This document shows, in pieces, positions 1 to 9,244 of a DNA stretch of 40,448 nucleotides (its first letter is position 1; each line of letters begins with the position of its first letter). Made by a program: the position numbers and the translations under genes. Origin of the DNA: an uncultured Legionellales bacterium (GTDB lineage Bacteria; Pseudomonadota; Gammaproteobacteria; Eutrophobiales; Eutrophobiaceae); the NCBI GenBank assembly GCA_913041115.1, contig CAJWIE010000001.1, positions 1-40,448 on the forward strand, written 5' to 3'. Under the pieces are notes generated by a model. It saw only the letters and a program-made list of their open reading frames with translations, made no database searches and was not told the origin of the DNA.

Positions 1-74
1 ACAGCACTGGCAGGTGCAGCAACTGTTGCAGCAAGTACAGCAGCAGCTAATTTTGATTTCTTAAATTGAGTCAT
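1..74 (-). CDS. 5' end of a gene for a secreted/periplasmic protein (signal peptide only; continues past window start)
   Basis: The reverse complement reads ATGATGACTCAATTTAAGAAATCAAAATTAGCTGCT... = (M)MTQFKKSKLAAAVLAATVAAPASAV. This has a Lys-rich n-region, an Ala/Leu h-region and an A-x-A cleavage site. AGGAGG (rc of 80-85) lies 5 nt upstream of the ATG at 74; the alternative ATG at 77 is only 2 nt from the SD. Function unknown. Confidence 0.5.
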   Translation of the reverse strand, partial: MTQFKKSKLAAAVLAATVAAPASA

Positions 75-414
75 CATTTCCTCCTACTCATTATTTAAGT
101 TTGTTTTTAAAAATTCTAAAAACTTAAAACTCTAGAAATTTAAGTTATCCCCCAAAGCTCTACATCTACCCCAGAGGATATTAGAAAAGCAATATAAAGG
201 AATTTTCGCCCTGTATTACCAGGACAGAAGGTGAAATTACTACAGAAATTACAGTGTTGCAAATAGTTTTTGTAGAAAAAACAACAATAATAAAATTAAA
301 CCAATAATATGTTGTTTTAAACCAACAAATGTATAAAAAATACCATATATTTCAATTATATATAGATAATAAAATAAAATAAATTATTTTTTTCAATTCA
401 TAAATTTTATATTA

Positions 415-438
415 TTTTGTTGTTTTTATACAACAAAA
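415..438 (-). terminator. AT-rich hairpin downstream of the DUF779 gene; possible weak terminator
   Basis: TTTTGTTG (415-422), an 8-nt loop, then CAACAAAA (431-438), about 40 nt after the DUF779 stop. There are no G/C pairs beyond one per arm and no clean U-tract, so it is weak. Confidence 0.25.
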
Positions 439-476
439 TACCTACGACGTACTAGCTTCGATTTTTTATATCTTAA

Positions 477-857
477 TTAGGCAACGTCTGCGAATGATAC
501 TGGTTTAACATGTTTCAGTTCTTCATCAGTAAAAATCCGTGAAATAGTCATAAATCTTAAACCCAACGGAATTTCAAGAGAAAAACTCGAACCACGCCCT
601 TTTGAAACATCAATATTGATATGCATATTCTTATAATATTCGAATTGGTCTGAAGCCATGTAAAACGAGCAGCCATGAATCTCCCCTAGACATACATCTC
701 GGCTACCAATTAAAAAGTCACCTTTTTGAAAGCACATTGGGGCTGAACCGTCACAACAACCACCACTTTGGTGAAAGATTAATTCACCATGTTTTTTTCT
801 CAATTTATCGATGACCTGTCTGGCTTTTAATGAAATTGAGACTCGTTCTACCTGCAT
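477..857 (-). CDS. DUF779 family protein (conserved partner of aldehyde dehydrogenases)
   Basis: The track ORF 477..902 begins at a GTG. An ATG at 857 (MQVERVSISLKARQVIDKL...) is preceded by GGAG. The motif HQSGGCCDGS...CF matches what I recall of DUF779. It sits 72 nt downstream of the aldehyde dehydrogenase on the same strand. Confidence 0.75.
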   Translation of the reverse strand: MQVERVSISLKARQVIDKLRKKHGELIFHQSGGCCDGSAPMCFQKGDFLIGSRDVCLGEIHGCSFYMASDQFEYYKNMHINIDVSKGRGSSFSLEIPLGLRFMTISRIFTDEELKHVKPVSFADVA

Positions 858-929
858 TTTAAATACTCCAAAAAAAATGGGCAATCCTTTCGAACCGCCC
901 ACTATACTTCGCCTTTGAAATGTCAGGTT

Positions 930-2447
930 CTAAAAGAATCCAAGCTTATTCTTATCATAAGACACTATCACATTCTTGGTGTGACGGTAATGGTTTAACA
1001 TCATTCTATGTGTTTCACGACCAATACCTGATTTTTTATAACCACCGAATGAAGCATGTGCGGGGTAATCATGGTAACAATTACACCAAATACGTCCTGC
1101 TTCTATTCCTCGAGCCATTGATTGCATTTGATGGATGTCGCGTGTCCACACGCCGGCGCCCAAACCATAAAGCGTATCATTGGCGATTGCGAGAGCTTCT
1201 GCCTCATCCTTAAAGGTTGTTACACTAACAACCGGCCCGAATATTTCCTCCTGGAAGATACGCATTTTGTTGCTACCTTTGAAAATGGTTGGCTTGATGT
1301 AGTAACCATTTGGGTGAACAGGATTGTCAAACTTTTCGCCGCCAAGTAAAACTTCAGCTCCTTCCTGTTTGCCCACATCAATATAGTTTAGTATTTTTTC
1401 ATATTGATCATTTGATGCTTGTGCGCCCATCATTGTATTCATGTCTAATGGATCACCCATTACAATTGCCTTAGTACGTTCTAAACAACGTTCCATAAAT
1501 TTATCGTAGATACTTTCATGGATTAATGCTCTTGATGGGCAGGTACAGACTTCACCCTGATTAACCGCAAACATAACAAAACCTTCGATCGCTTTATCTA
1601 AAAAAGCATCATCTTCTGCCGCAACACTGTCAAAGAAAACATTTGGTGATTTTCCGCCAAGTTCCAGGGTTACTGGAATAAGATTCTCTGAGGCGTATTG
1701 CATTATTAAGCGACCAGTTGTTGTCTCGCCAGTAAACGCTACCTTCTTAATATCTGGATGTGTTGCTATTGGTTTACCTGCCTCAGGGCCAAAACCGTTA
1801 ATAATATTAACAGTACCTGGGGGAAGTAAATCGGCAATCACTTCAATCAAAGCATGAATTGAGATTGGCGTCTGTTCGGCCGGTTTCAAAACAACACAAT
1901 TACCCGCCGCTAATGCTGGCGCTAATTTCCATACCGCCATTAATATTGGAAAGTTCCATGGAATGATTTGACCAACAACTCCTAATGGTTCATGCACCTC
2001 CATCGTCACTCTGGTTGAGTCTAAATCTGAGCTTTCACCAGATTCTGACCGTATTGCGCCACCAAAATAGCGAAAATGATCGACAGCTAAAGGTAAATCG
2101 ACCAGTGATGACTCTCTAATAGGTTTACCATTGCCCCATGTTTCAATAGCCGCAAGCATATCCAAATTTTCTTCTATACGATCTGCGATTTTAAGAAGAA
2201 TATTGCTGCGTTCTGTTGCCGAACTTTTATTCCAGCTTTCAGCTGCCTTCCATGCGGCTTTAACTGCTAGATCTACATCTTTTTCATTTGATTGTGATAT
2301 TTTAGCAAGCACACTACCATCTATAGGTGAAGTATCTTCAAAATATCCCCCATCAACTGGCGCTACCCACTCACCGCCAATATAATTATCATATTTTTCC
2401 CTGAGAGTAGGCTTTTGACTCGCCACTTCATCTGGATTTGCTGCCAT
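930..2447 (-). CDS. NAD(P)+-dependent aldehyde dehydrogenase (ExaC/PedI/AldB-like)
   Basis: 505 aa. It has the catalytic Glu motif LELGGKSP, the catalytic Cys motif [11 protein letters not shown] and the cofactor motif [11 protein letters not shown] at 2447 with GGAGGCGG (rc of 2453-2460) as the SD. Confidence 0.95.
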   Translation of the reverse strand: MAANPDEVASQKPTLREKYDNYIGGEWVAPVDGGYFEDTSPIDGSVLAKISQSNEKDVDLAVKAAWKAAESWNKSSATERSNILLKIADRIEENLDMLAAIETWGNGKPIRESSLVDLPLAVDHFRYFGGAIRSESGESSDLDSTRVTMEVHEPLGVVGQIIPWNFPILMAVWKLAPALAAGNCVVLKPAEQTPISIHALIEVIADLLPPGTVNIINGFGPEAGKPIATHPDIKKVAFTGETTTGRLIMQYASENLIPVTLELGGKSPNVFFDSVAAEDDAFLDKAIEGFVMFAVNQGEVCTCPSRALIHESIYDKFMERCLERTKAIVMGDPLDMNTMMGAQASNDQYEKILNYIDVGKQEGAEVLLGGEKFDNPVHPNGYYIKPTIFKGSNKMRIFQEEIFGPVVSVTTFKDEAEALAIANDTLYGLGAGVWTRDIHQMQSMARGIEAGRIWCNCYHDYPAHASFGGYKKSGIGRETHRMMLNHYRHTKNVIVSYDKNKLGFF

Positions 2448-2843
2448 AATTCCGCCTCCTGTTAGTCAACTAATAACAATAATTTGTTAAAAGATTTAAA
2501 TTTTCCCTAAAAGTTTTCTAGAAAAGTCATCTAAGTAGCTAGTTTATCACCAGATTTTTTGACTGATGCTAAAACCAATTATGAAGATCACACGCATCCT
2601 GCTTTATACTAATACTTATTTTGTATTTGTAGGGATTATAGACAGATGCTACTGGAATATCACCAGTAAATTAGGTTAATTTCATTAAATAATTTCCTTT
2701 AAAATTAGAACGTTGCAAATTACAACAATTGGGAATGCTATAGGCAGGAAAGGCTAAATCAATAACCTAATTAATGAAAATTGAATTTGTCCTTTATTGG
2801 GCCGTCTAAAGTATGTAATGTATTTAAAAAAAGAGCGGTAATC

Positions 2844-3650
2844 ATGTTATCTAAAAAATTTTACTATTTAGCCTGTATCTTGCTTTCATGCTCAATGAAT
2901 ATCCATGCTGAAGTGATTGCAATTGATTTTGTGTATATCGGAAAGAACGACCACCCTGCACTTTTAGGTGTTAAGCAAGGTATAGAAGAATCGAATCTTC
3001 AAGGACAGTTTCTAAATCAGAAATATAGTTTAGATATAATTCCAAATAATGATCTTGATAAGTATGATTATTCAAAATATATAGCGGTCCTAACAACACT
3101 AAATTCTAAACAATTAAAAAACTTAGCTAATCAATTAACTGACACGCCAATTTTCAATCTTGCCGATGAAAATGACGAACTAAGACTAAACTGCATAAAA
3201 AATATATTACATATCACACCGAGTAGTAAAATGAAGTCAGACGCCTTAATACAATGGGAAATTAAAGAACCAAACTCAAAAGCTATTCCTCAAGCATGGC
3301 ATCATAGTTTTGTAAAATTTGCTGCGCGCGACCTTAATAAGCGTTTCAAAAAAAATCATAATACATATATGAACGATCACTCATGGGCAGGTTGGGCGGC
3401 AATAAAAATGACCTCAGACACAGTAGCAAGAACTGAAATAACTGATTCAAAAAAAATGTTAAATTACCTGAGAAACGACCTTTCTTTCGATGGTCAAAAA
3501 GGAAGTGATATGAATTTCAGAGTAAATGGGCAATTACGACAATTAATATTACTAGTAGAAAATGATAAAGTAATTGCCGAAGCACCAATAAGAGGTGTAG
3601 CAAAACCTCCGACATTAGATAGTCTTGGAATTGTCGAGTGCTCTAAATAG
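2844..3650 (+). CDS. Periplasmic binding protein, type I (LivK-like) fold; resembles the PQQ-dependent alcohol dehydrogenase system substrate-binding family
   Basis: The track ORF starts at TTG 2781. The ATG at 2844 gives MLSKKFYYLACILLSCSMNIHA-EV, a signal peptide. GVKQGIEESNLQGQFLNQKYSL and the AGWAAIKM...VAR segments resemble LivK-type PBPs. It is followed 31 nt later by a YVTN propeller, the pairing known from PQQ-catabolism clusters (TIGRFAM-type association, recalled not searched). Confidence 0.55.
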   Translation: MLSKKFYYLACILLSCSMNIHAEVIAIDFVYIGKNDHPALLGVKQGIEESNLQGQFLNQKYSLDIIPNNDLDKYDYSKYIAVLTTLNSKQLKNLANQLTDTPIFNLADENDELRLNCIKNILHITPSSKMKSDALIQWEIKEPNSKAIPQAWHHSFVKFAARDLNKRFKKNHNTYMNDHSWAGWAAIKMTSDTVARTEITDSKKMLNYLRNDLSFDGQKGSDMNFRVNGQLRQLILLVENDKVIAEAPIRGVAKPPTLDSLGIVECSK

Positions 3651-3681
3651 AATATCAGAAAAACAAATAAGGAGATAATTA

Positions 3682-4638
3682 ATGAGATTCTTTTATACGC
3701 TATTAACATTAATATTATTTTTATCTAATTCTGTTGTTGCGAATGCTGATAATCGAATATTTGTTACTAATGAAAGAAGTAATACAGTCTCGGTTATCGA
3801 CGCAAAGTCATTAAATGTTGAAAACACAATTGAAATCGGTGAACGTCCTCGGGGAATTGGTCTCTCGCCAAATGGAAATGAACTTTATATCGCAATCAGC
3901 GAAGAAAATAAAATTGTTGTTATGGACCCAGATTCATTAGAAATTCTGAGAGAATTTAAGGCAGGTTCTGATCCTGAAACTTTTGCTGTTCATCCAAATG
4001 GTAATATTTACATTTCAAATGAGGATGATGCAAAGGCAACTGTTTTTAATCCAAAAACCGGAGAGAAAATTGCAGAAATCAAAGTTGGTTTAGAGCCAGA
4101 GGGTGTTGCTATATCTCATGATGGAGAACGAGTAATCATTACAAGTGAATCAACTAATATGCTGCATGTTATAAGAGCTTCAGAAAATATAATTGAAAGT
4201 AATATTCTTGTCGGTTCACGGCCACGTTCGGCTGTTTTTACGAAGTCTGGTGATATTGTATACGCAACCGCTGAAATTAGTGGTGAAGTTGTTAAAGTTG
4301 ATATTAATAAAGCTAAAATCATTAAAACTGGATCAACCGGTGATGCTAAATCAAAACCAAAAGATGTTATCCTCAGTAAAGATGAAAAAATTATCTATGT
4401 AGCAGGCGGCCGAGCAAATAAGGTTATTGTTATGGATGCTGATACCCTCGAAATTATTAAAAACATACCAGTTGGAAAACGTGTCTGGGGTTTAGCAATG
4501 TCTAGTGATGGTCAACGTATTTTTACAACAAACGGCGTAAGTGGTACCGTTTCTGTTATTAATACTGTAAAAAACGAAGTTATTAAAACTATCGAAGTTG
4601 GTAAATTTCCTTGGGGAGTTGTTGTAAAAGATAAATAA
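3682..4638 (+). CDS. YVTN-family seven-bladed beta-propeller protein (PQQ-dependent catabolism-associated type)
   Basis: 318 aa with signal peptide MRFFYTLLTLILFLSNSVVANA. There are about six visible repeats of the pattern V-x-V-[IM]-D-x(5-8)-I-x-VG-x-x-P-x-G-[IV]-x-x-S-x-[DN]G-x-x-[IL]-[YF]. AAGGAG SD at 3669-3674. Confidence 0.8.
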   Translation: MRFFYTLLTLILFLSNSVVANADNRIFVTNERSNTVSVIDAKSLNVENTIEIGERPRGIGLSPNGNELYIAISEENKIVVMDPDSLEILREFKAGSDPETFAVHPNGNIYISNEDDAKATVFNPKTGEKIAEIKVGLEPEGVAISHDGERVIITSESTNMLHVIRASENIIESNILVGSRPRSAVFTKSGDIVYATAEISGEVVKVDINKAKIIKTGSTGDAKSKPKDVILSKDEKIIYVAGGRANKVIVMDADTLEIIKNIPVGKRVWGLAMSSDGQRIFTTNGVSGTVSVINTVKNEVIKTIEVGKFPWGVVVKDK

Positions 4639-4639
4639 A

Positions 4640-5284
4640 TTATGCTTTGATAATATTATGCCTAATCGCTATCCTCGCAATATCCGCGACGGTAGAGGCT
4701 TGCAGCTTGTTTTTTATTTGTGAGCTGTAATTAGCTACAGTCTTATAACTTATATTTAATTCTTTACTAATCTCATTAGTATTTTTGCCTTCCGCTAATA
4801 AACAAAAAATTTGAAACTCTCGAGCTGATAAATCTGATAATAGAGAATCACCCTCTCGTGACTGCTCATACTCATAAGTCATCTTTTGTCTCAGATCATC
4901 ATCAATATATTTTTTACCCTGTGACACATGCTTAATGGCTTTTGATAGTAATTTAGGATCTGTGCTTTTTGTCATATAGCCAATGGCACCTGCTTGCAAA
5001 GCCCTTTCAACAAAAACAACCTCTTCATGCATAGTAAAAACCAGCACTTTGATATCATGATCATTAGAAACTATACGTCTAATAGCCTCAATACCATTTA
5101 TCCCTGGCAAAGATATATCCATAACAACAACATTAGGACGAAGTTTGGTAGATAACTCAATTGCCTCTTCTCCAGTATCTGCCTCAGCTATAACATCAAT
5201 ATAATCAATATTTTTTAATAAAATTTTATAGCCAGCACGAACAACAGCGTGGTCATCAACTAAAATTACTTTGATTTTTTTCAT
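4640..5284 (-). CDS. NarL/FixJ (LuxR-type HTH) response regulator, ExaE/PedR-like
   Basis: 214 aa. The receiver has VILVDDH...VVVMDISLPG (phospho-Asp context). The C-terminal LuxR HTH is LSAREFQIFCLLAEGKNTNEISKELNISYKTVANYSSQI. It lies 14 nt downstream of its kinase. Confidence 0.9.
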   Translation of the reverse strand: MKKIKVILVDDHAVVRAGYKILLKNIDYIDVIAEADTGEEAIELSTKLRPNVVVMDISLPGINGIEAIRRIVSNDHDIKVLVFTMHEEVVFVERALQAGAIGYMTKSTDPKLLSKAIKHVSQGKKYIDDDLRQKMTYEYEQSREGDSLLSDLSAREFQIFCLLAEGKNTNEISKELNISYKTVANYSSQIKNKLQASTVADIARIAIRHNIIKA

Positions 5285-5298
5285 GTAATAAATAACTA

Positions 5299-6633
5299 TT
5301 AATTTTCTATAGGAATTAGTATATGTATATTAAAGCCATTACCTGGCTTACTAAAAAATTCAAATTTTCCATTATGCATTTCAACGCGTTCTTTCATGCC
5401 CAATAACCCAAAACCAAGCTTCACATCATCTATATCTAGACCAATACCATCATCATATATTTCTAAATCAATTTTCTCTATATTATTATGTTCAGTTTTT
5501 TTTGCCCTTACAGTAATCCTGCTTGCTTTGGAATATTTTAATGTATTAGTTAAGCTTTCTTGAATAATTCTGTATAAACTTATTTTTAATGATTCTGATA
5601 AATTATCAGGAATATTCGAGAAGCTAAAATCACAAAAAATCTCATCTTGATTATCGTTCCATTCGTCCATCATATTTTGCAATGCTTTAATCAAACCAAA
5701 TTCATCGAGCACAGATGGACGTAATCTATGCATCATATTTTTTGCAACCTGATAAATATGATCTGAATAATCAACAATTGTTTTTACGCTTGAATTAATA
5801 AATCTTTTTTCCAATGTTGTTTTATTTGAAATCGATACAGCGACTGCTTTAATAGCAGTAATTGTTTGTCCTAATTCGTCATGAAGTTCCTGGGAAAGTA
5901 CTCGCCTCTCCTCTTCTTGGATTTCAAGTAAACGATGTCTTAAAAATTGGTTCCTTTCACTGGTTTCAAATAATACTTTTGCCATATGATTGAATTGTGC
6001 TGAAATACGATCAAGCTCAGGTAGAGGGAAATGAGGCAGTTCCAACTTATAGTTGCCTTCCTTTATATCGGAAAGCCCTTCTAATATTTTTTCAATAGGT
6101 GATAGATATAGCCCTATCAATACATATATAAGAAAATTAGCAAGAACAATAAATACTGATAAAAATATTAAAATATTTCTTGTTTCAATCCAACTCTCAT
6201 GAATTTCATCTAATGGATCAGGTTTTATGAGAACATCAATCGGTGTTGTAACAGGCGTATATAACCATCGGCGAATTTCAGTGGCGGGTGGCTGTACAAG
6301 ACTAACAAACCACTCTGGCGCATCGCTTTCCTTAAATAAAATATCCTCATCACTTGGTATAAGAATATCAGTAGGGCTTCTAAGCTCGATGTGAAGGTGC
6401 CTTATTGTTTTTAATTCTGCTAATTTACGTAAAAAACTCAGTTTCTGATCGCCGGCATCAGGTAATGAAGAGGCTGATGCTGCTTGAATTAATTGAAGCG
6501 CAAGTTGTGTGCTCGATTCGACCTCGCTGTGGACAGAACGACGTGCATTTGTGATGGTATAAAAACTACTACACAAAAACAAAATGACTAATAACGTAGT
6601 TATTAAGATATTAAGCCTGACCCTAAGGCTCAT
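5299..6633 (-). CDS. Sensor histidine kinase, HisKA_3 (NarX/ExaD-like) class with periplasmic sensor domain and HAMP
   Basis: 444 aa with two TM segments (ILITTLLVILFLCSSF and ILIFLSVFIVLANFLIYVLIGLYL). The H-box is LSQELHDELGQTITAIK. The HATPase motifs are IIQESLTNTLKYS...DDGIGL...GFGLLGMKER. Confidence 0.9.
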   Translation of the reverse strand: MSLRVRLNILITTLLVILFLCSSFYTITNARRSVHSEVESSTQLALQLIQAASASSLPDAGDQKLSFLRKLAELKTIRHLHIELRSPTDILIPSDEDILFKESDAPEWFVSLVQPPATEIRRWLYTPVTTPIDVLIKPDPLDEIHESWIETRNILIFLSVFIVLANFLIYVLIGLYLSPIEKILEGLSDIKEGNYKLELPHFPLPELDRISAQFNHMAKVLFETSERNQFLRHRLLEIQEEERRVLSQELHDELGQTITAIKAVAVSISNKTTLEKRFINSSVKTIVDYSDHIYQVAKNMMHRLRPSVLDEFGLIKALQNMMDEWNDNQDEIFCDFSFSNIPDNLSESLKISLYRIIQESLTNTLKYSKASRITVRAKKTEHNNIEKIDLEIYDDGIGLDIDDVKLGFGLLGMKERVEMHNGKFEFFSKPGNGFNIHILIPIEN

Positions 6634-6809
6634 AGAACTATTTCACCTCTTTAATAATCTAATTATTCGGTATAAAGTCTGACTTATTGCCACAGAAATA
6701 TGATAAATTTCAATTAAATATATTAAAATTTCTATGTAAAAGCTTACTTGTTAATTTACAATACCACCAATTTTATTAGAACTATATAAAGAACAGGGAA
6801 AAATTCCTA

Positions 6810-7772
6810 ATGGAAAAAAACATTAAATATTTTTTAATTAGACTCTCATTCGGCATTCTACTGATATCTGTTGTTTTTGCAGAGCCAGAAACAACTGATT
6901 CAACAACTGATTCCGTTATTCAAGAAGATAGTGCTGCCGCTGAAACAACACCAGAGCCTAAAAACAATGAAACTTCAGAATCTCTAGAAAATGAAAATAC
7001 CGCTCCTGTGGTAAAGGAAAAAACTGTAAATACAGCTGACAATCAGGATTTACCCAATGAAATTGATGCGGAAAAAACTCTTGGGGCTGCTGTTGAGACT
7101 AAAATTGAAGCTCAAAAAGAGGCAGTTAAATCACAAAATACAATTGATCAGTTGACAGATGAAACAAGAGATATGGTGCAAGAATATCGAAATGCTATAC
7201 GAAAAACAGATAGTCTTAGTTCTTATAACCAGCAATTAGCAAAATTAGTAAAACAACAAAAAATTTCCCTAAGTTCTATACAACGACAGCTTGAAAATGC
7301 AGAAGAAACGAAACGTAGTATTGTTCCTTTTATAAATAAAATGATAGGGACTCTTGAAAAATTCGTGCGACTTGATCTGCCATTTCTTCTAGATGAAAGA
7401 CGTCAACGTATCTCTACATTAAAACAAATTGTAAATTTTCCTGATATCACGCTCCCTGATAAATATCGCCGAGTAATGGAAGCTTATCAAATAGAAATTG
7501 AGTACGGGCGAACAATTGAGGCCTATAACGACACTATTACAGTTGATGGTAAGGAATATACTGTTGAAATATTACGTGTGGGACGACTTCTTATGACATT
7601 TCAAACGTCTGACGGAGAACTCAGCGGTATATGGAATAAGCATTCTAAAGCATGGAGAAAATTACCATCAGAATATAATCGTTCAATTAATCAAGGCCTG
7701 TTAATAGCAAAAAAACAAGCTCCACCTGAATTAATTAAGCTACCCGTTACTGCTGCGGGGAAAAAATTATGA
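6810..7772 (+). CDS. DUF3450-type periplasmic coiled-coil protein (TtpB-like, TonB2 system)
   Basis: 320 aa. It has a signal peptide, then an acidic/Thr-rich stretch of about 70 aa, then a coiled-coil and a C-terminal domain. Its stop overlaps the next start (ATGA at 7769-7772). The position ahead of a large MotA/ExbB protein matches the Vibrio TonB2 cluster order. Confidence 0.65.
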   Translation: MEKNIKYFLIRLSFGILLISVVFAEPETTDSTTDSVIQEDSAAAETTPEPKNNETSESLENENTAPVVKEKTVNTADNQDLPNEIDAEKTLGAAVETKIEAQKEAVKSQNTIDQLTDETRDMVQEYRNAIRKTDSLSSYNQQLAKLVKQQKISLSSIQRQLENAEETKRSIVPFINKMIGTLEKFVRLDLPFLLDERRQRISTLKQIVNFPDITLPDKYRRVMEAYQIEIEYGRTIEAYNDTITVDGKEYTVEILRVGRLLMTFQTSDGELSGIWNKHSKAWRKLPSEYNRSINQGLLIAKKQAPPELIKLPVTAAGKKL

Positions 7773-9214
7773 ACAGATTAATGATATTAGTTTTTATTCT
7801 TTTCATATCTTTTTCGTATGCAGAAGAAGCAAGTAATTTGGATGAACTATTAGAACAAGTAAAAAAAGAGCGGACATTACAGAAAGAAGAACTTTTACAA
7901 AGGGAATCGAGATTTAAGAATGCATATAGTAAACAAAAAAAACTATTAGAAGTTGCTGCAAAAAAACTTAAAGAAGAAGAAGATCGAAGCGAATCATTAA
8001 AAGCTACATATGAAAGTTATGATAGTGAGATAAAAAAACAAAAAGATATATTAGATGAAAGAATGGGTACCCTTGGTGAACTGGATGGAATTGTCAAACA
8101 AATAGCAGGTGAACTTGATTCCATAATTGATACATCACTGGTCTCTGCGCAGAAACCTGATAGAGATAAAATACTCGACATATTGTCAACCAGAAAAGAA
8201 CTTCCCTCGTATGAAGATTTGGAAGAGCTCTGGCTATTAGCCATGGACGAAATGGTTGAATCTGGGAAAGTGGTTCGCTTTCCTGGAAAAATAGTAACCG
8301 CCTCAGGAAATGAAATAGAACAAGAGATTACTCGTATTGGAGTTTTCAACGCTATCTCTGCTGGTCGTTTTCTAAGATCGTTGCCAGAATCAGGGATTTT
8401 AATAGAACCAGGCAGGCAGCCGGGGCAGCGTTTCCTTGAAATGGCGAGAGGAATTGAAAATGCAGATTCAGGAATACACCCTTTCCCTGTCGATCCGACT
8501 CGCGGAGCAATGTTAGCATTGCTAGTACAAGTGCCCGATCTTAAAAATCGTATAGAGCAAGGTGGTTTAATTGGATATGCTATTTTAATTATTGGATTTA
8601 TAGGCGTTTTATTGGCTATTGAAAGGCTAGTCAGTTTATTTCTAACAAATCGAAAAGTACAAGAACAACTAGAAAGTAACGAGCCCGGCGATAATCCGCT
8701 TGGCCGTATTATGATTGTTTATAAAAATAATCCTGAAACAGATGCTGAAACTCTCGGGTTGAAACTTGATGAAGCTATCCTAAAGGAAATGCCAAGACTT
8801 CAACGCGGCCTATGGACAATAGCGCTGCTCGCTGCCGTATCACCGCTACTTGGATTACTTGGTACTGTTACTGGTATTATCGAGACATTTCAATCTATCA
8901 CATTGTACGGAACGGGCGACCCTCGTGTTATGTCTGGCGGTATATCACAGGCGCTCGTAACAACAGTTATGGGACTACTAGTTGCTATTCCACTATTGCT
9001 CTTTCATGGGTACCTTTCTTCAAAAAGTAATGGGCTAGTTCAAATTTTAGATGAAAAAAGTATTGCTTACGTTGCATTACTAGCAGATGAAAATCGTAAA
9101 AAAGTTTTTGGTCAATCTCAATTTCAAAATGTTAGAAAGGAAGATAATGCTAAACCAAATACAGTAAATAAAGAGGATAATGAACCGGAATTCTATATAC
9201 CAGAAGATGAATAA
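7769..9214 (+). CDS. Large MotA/TolQ/ExbB-family proton channel protein (TtpC-like)
   Basis: 481 aa. The N-terminal periplasmic coiled-coil is followed by a C-terminal channel domain with LLGLLGTVTGIIETFQSI and GGISQALVTTVMGLLVAIPLL. Confidence 0.8.
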   Translation: MNRLMILVFILFISFSYAEEASNLDELLEQVKKERTLQKEELLQRESRFKNAYSKQKKLLEVAAKKLKEEEDRSESLKATYESYDSEIKKQKDILDERMGTLGELDGIVKQIAGELDSIIDTSLVSAQKPDRDKILDILSTRKELPSYEDLEELWLLAMDEMVESGKVVRFPGKIVTASGNEIEQEITRIGVFNAISAGRFLRSLPESGILIEPGRQPGQRFLEMARGIENADSGIHPFPVDPTRGAMLALLVQVPDLKNRIEQGGLIGYAILIIGFIGVLLAIERLVSLFLTNRKVQEQLESNEPGDNPLGRIMIVYKNNPETDAETLGLKLDEAILKEMPRLQRGLWTIALLAAVSPLLGLLGTVTGIIETFQSITLYGTGDPRVMSGGISQALVTTVMGLLVAIPLLLFHGYLSSKSNGLVQILDEKSIAYVALLADENRKKVFGQSQFQNVRKEDNAKPNTVNKEDNEPEFYIPEDE

Positions 9215-9244
9215 ATCATTTTTTAATTACATTGATGGAAAATA

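Noticed and set aside
920-2385. Plus-strand ORFs 920..1213, 1122..1349 and 2131..2385
   Set aside because: All lie wholly inside the well-supported aldehyde dehydrogenase gene on the opposite strand. They are shadow ORFs with no motifs. The same reasoning applies to the other 60-125-aa antisense ORFs in the track that are nested in dnaE, bamA, rseP, dxr, lpxB, the sigma-54 pair and other genes.
2581-2679. 32-codon ORF (MKITRILLYTNTYFVFVGIIDRCYWNITSKLG) in the ALDH/binding-protein divergent spacer
   Set aside because: It has no SD and no recognisable peptide family. An ORF of this length is expected by chance. It is kept only as a note.
2781-2843. TTG-initiated N-terminal extension of the binding protein (MNLSFIGPSKVCNVFKKRAVI)
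   Set aside because: The extension precedes a perfectly good signal peptide that starts at ATG 2844. The TTG has no SD.
6653-6667. AATAAT-CTA-ATTATT dyad as a possible Fur box for the TonB2 cluster
   Set aside because: The 3-nt spacer does not fit the 7-1-7 or 19-bp Fur consensus. It also sits about 20 nt from the histidine-kinase start codon, about 145 nt from ttpB. Such dyads are common in AT-rich DNA.
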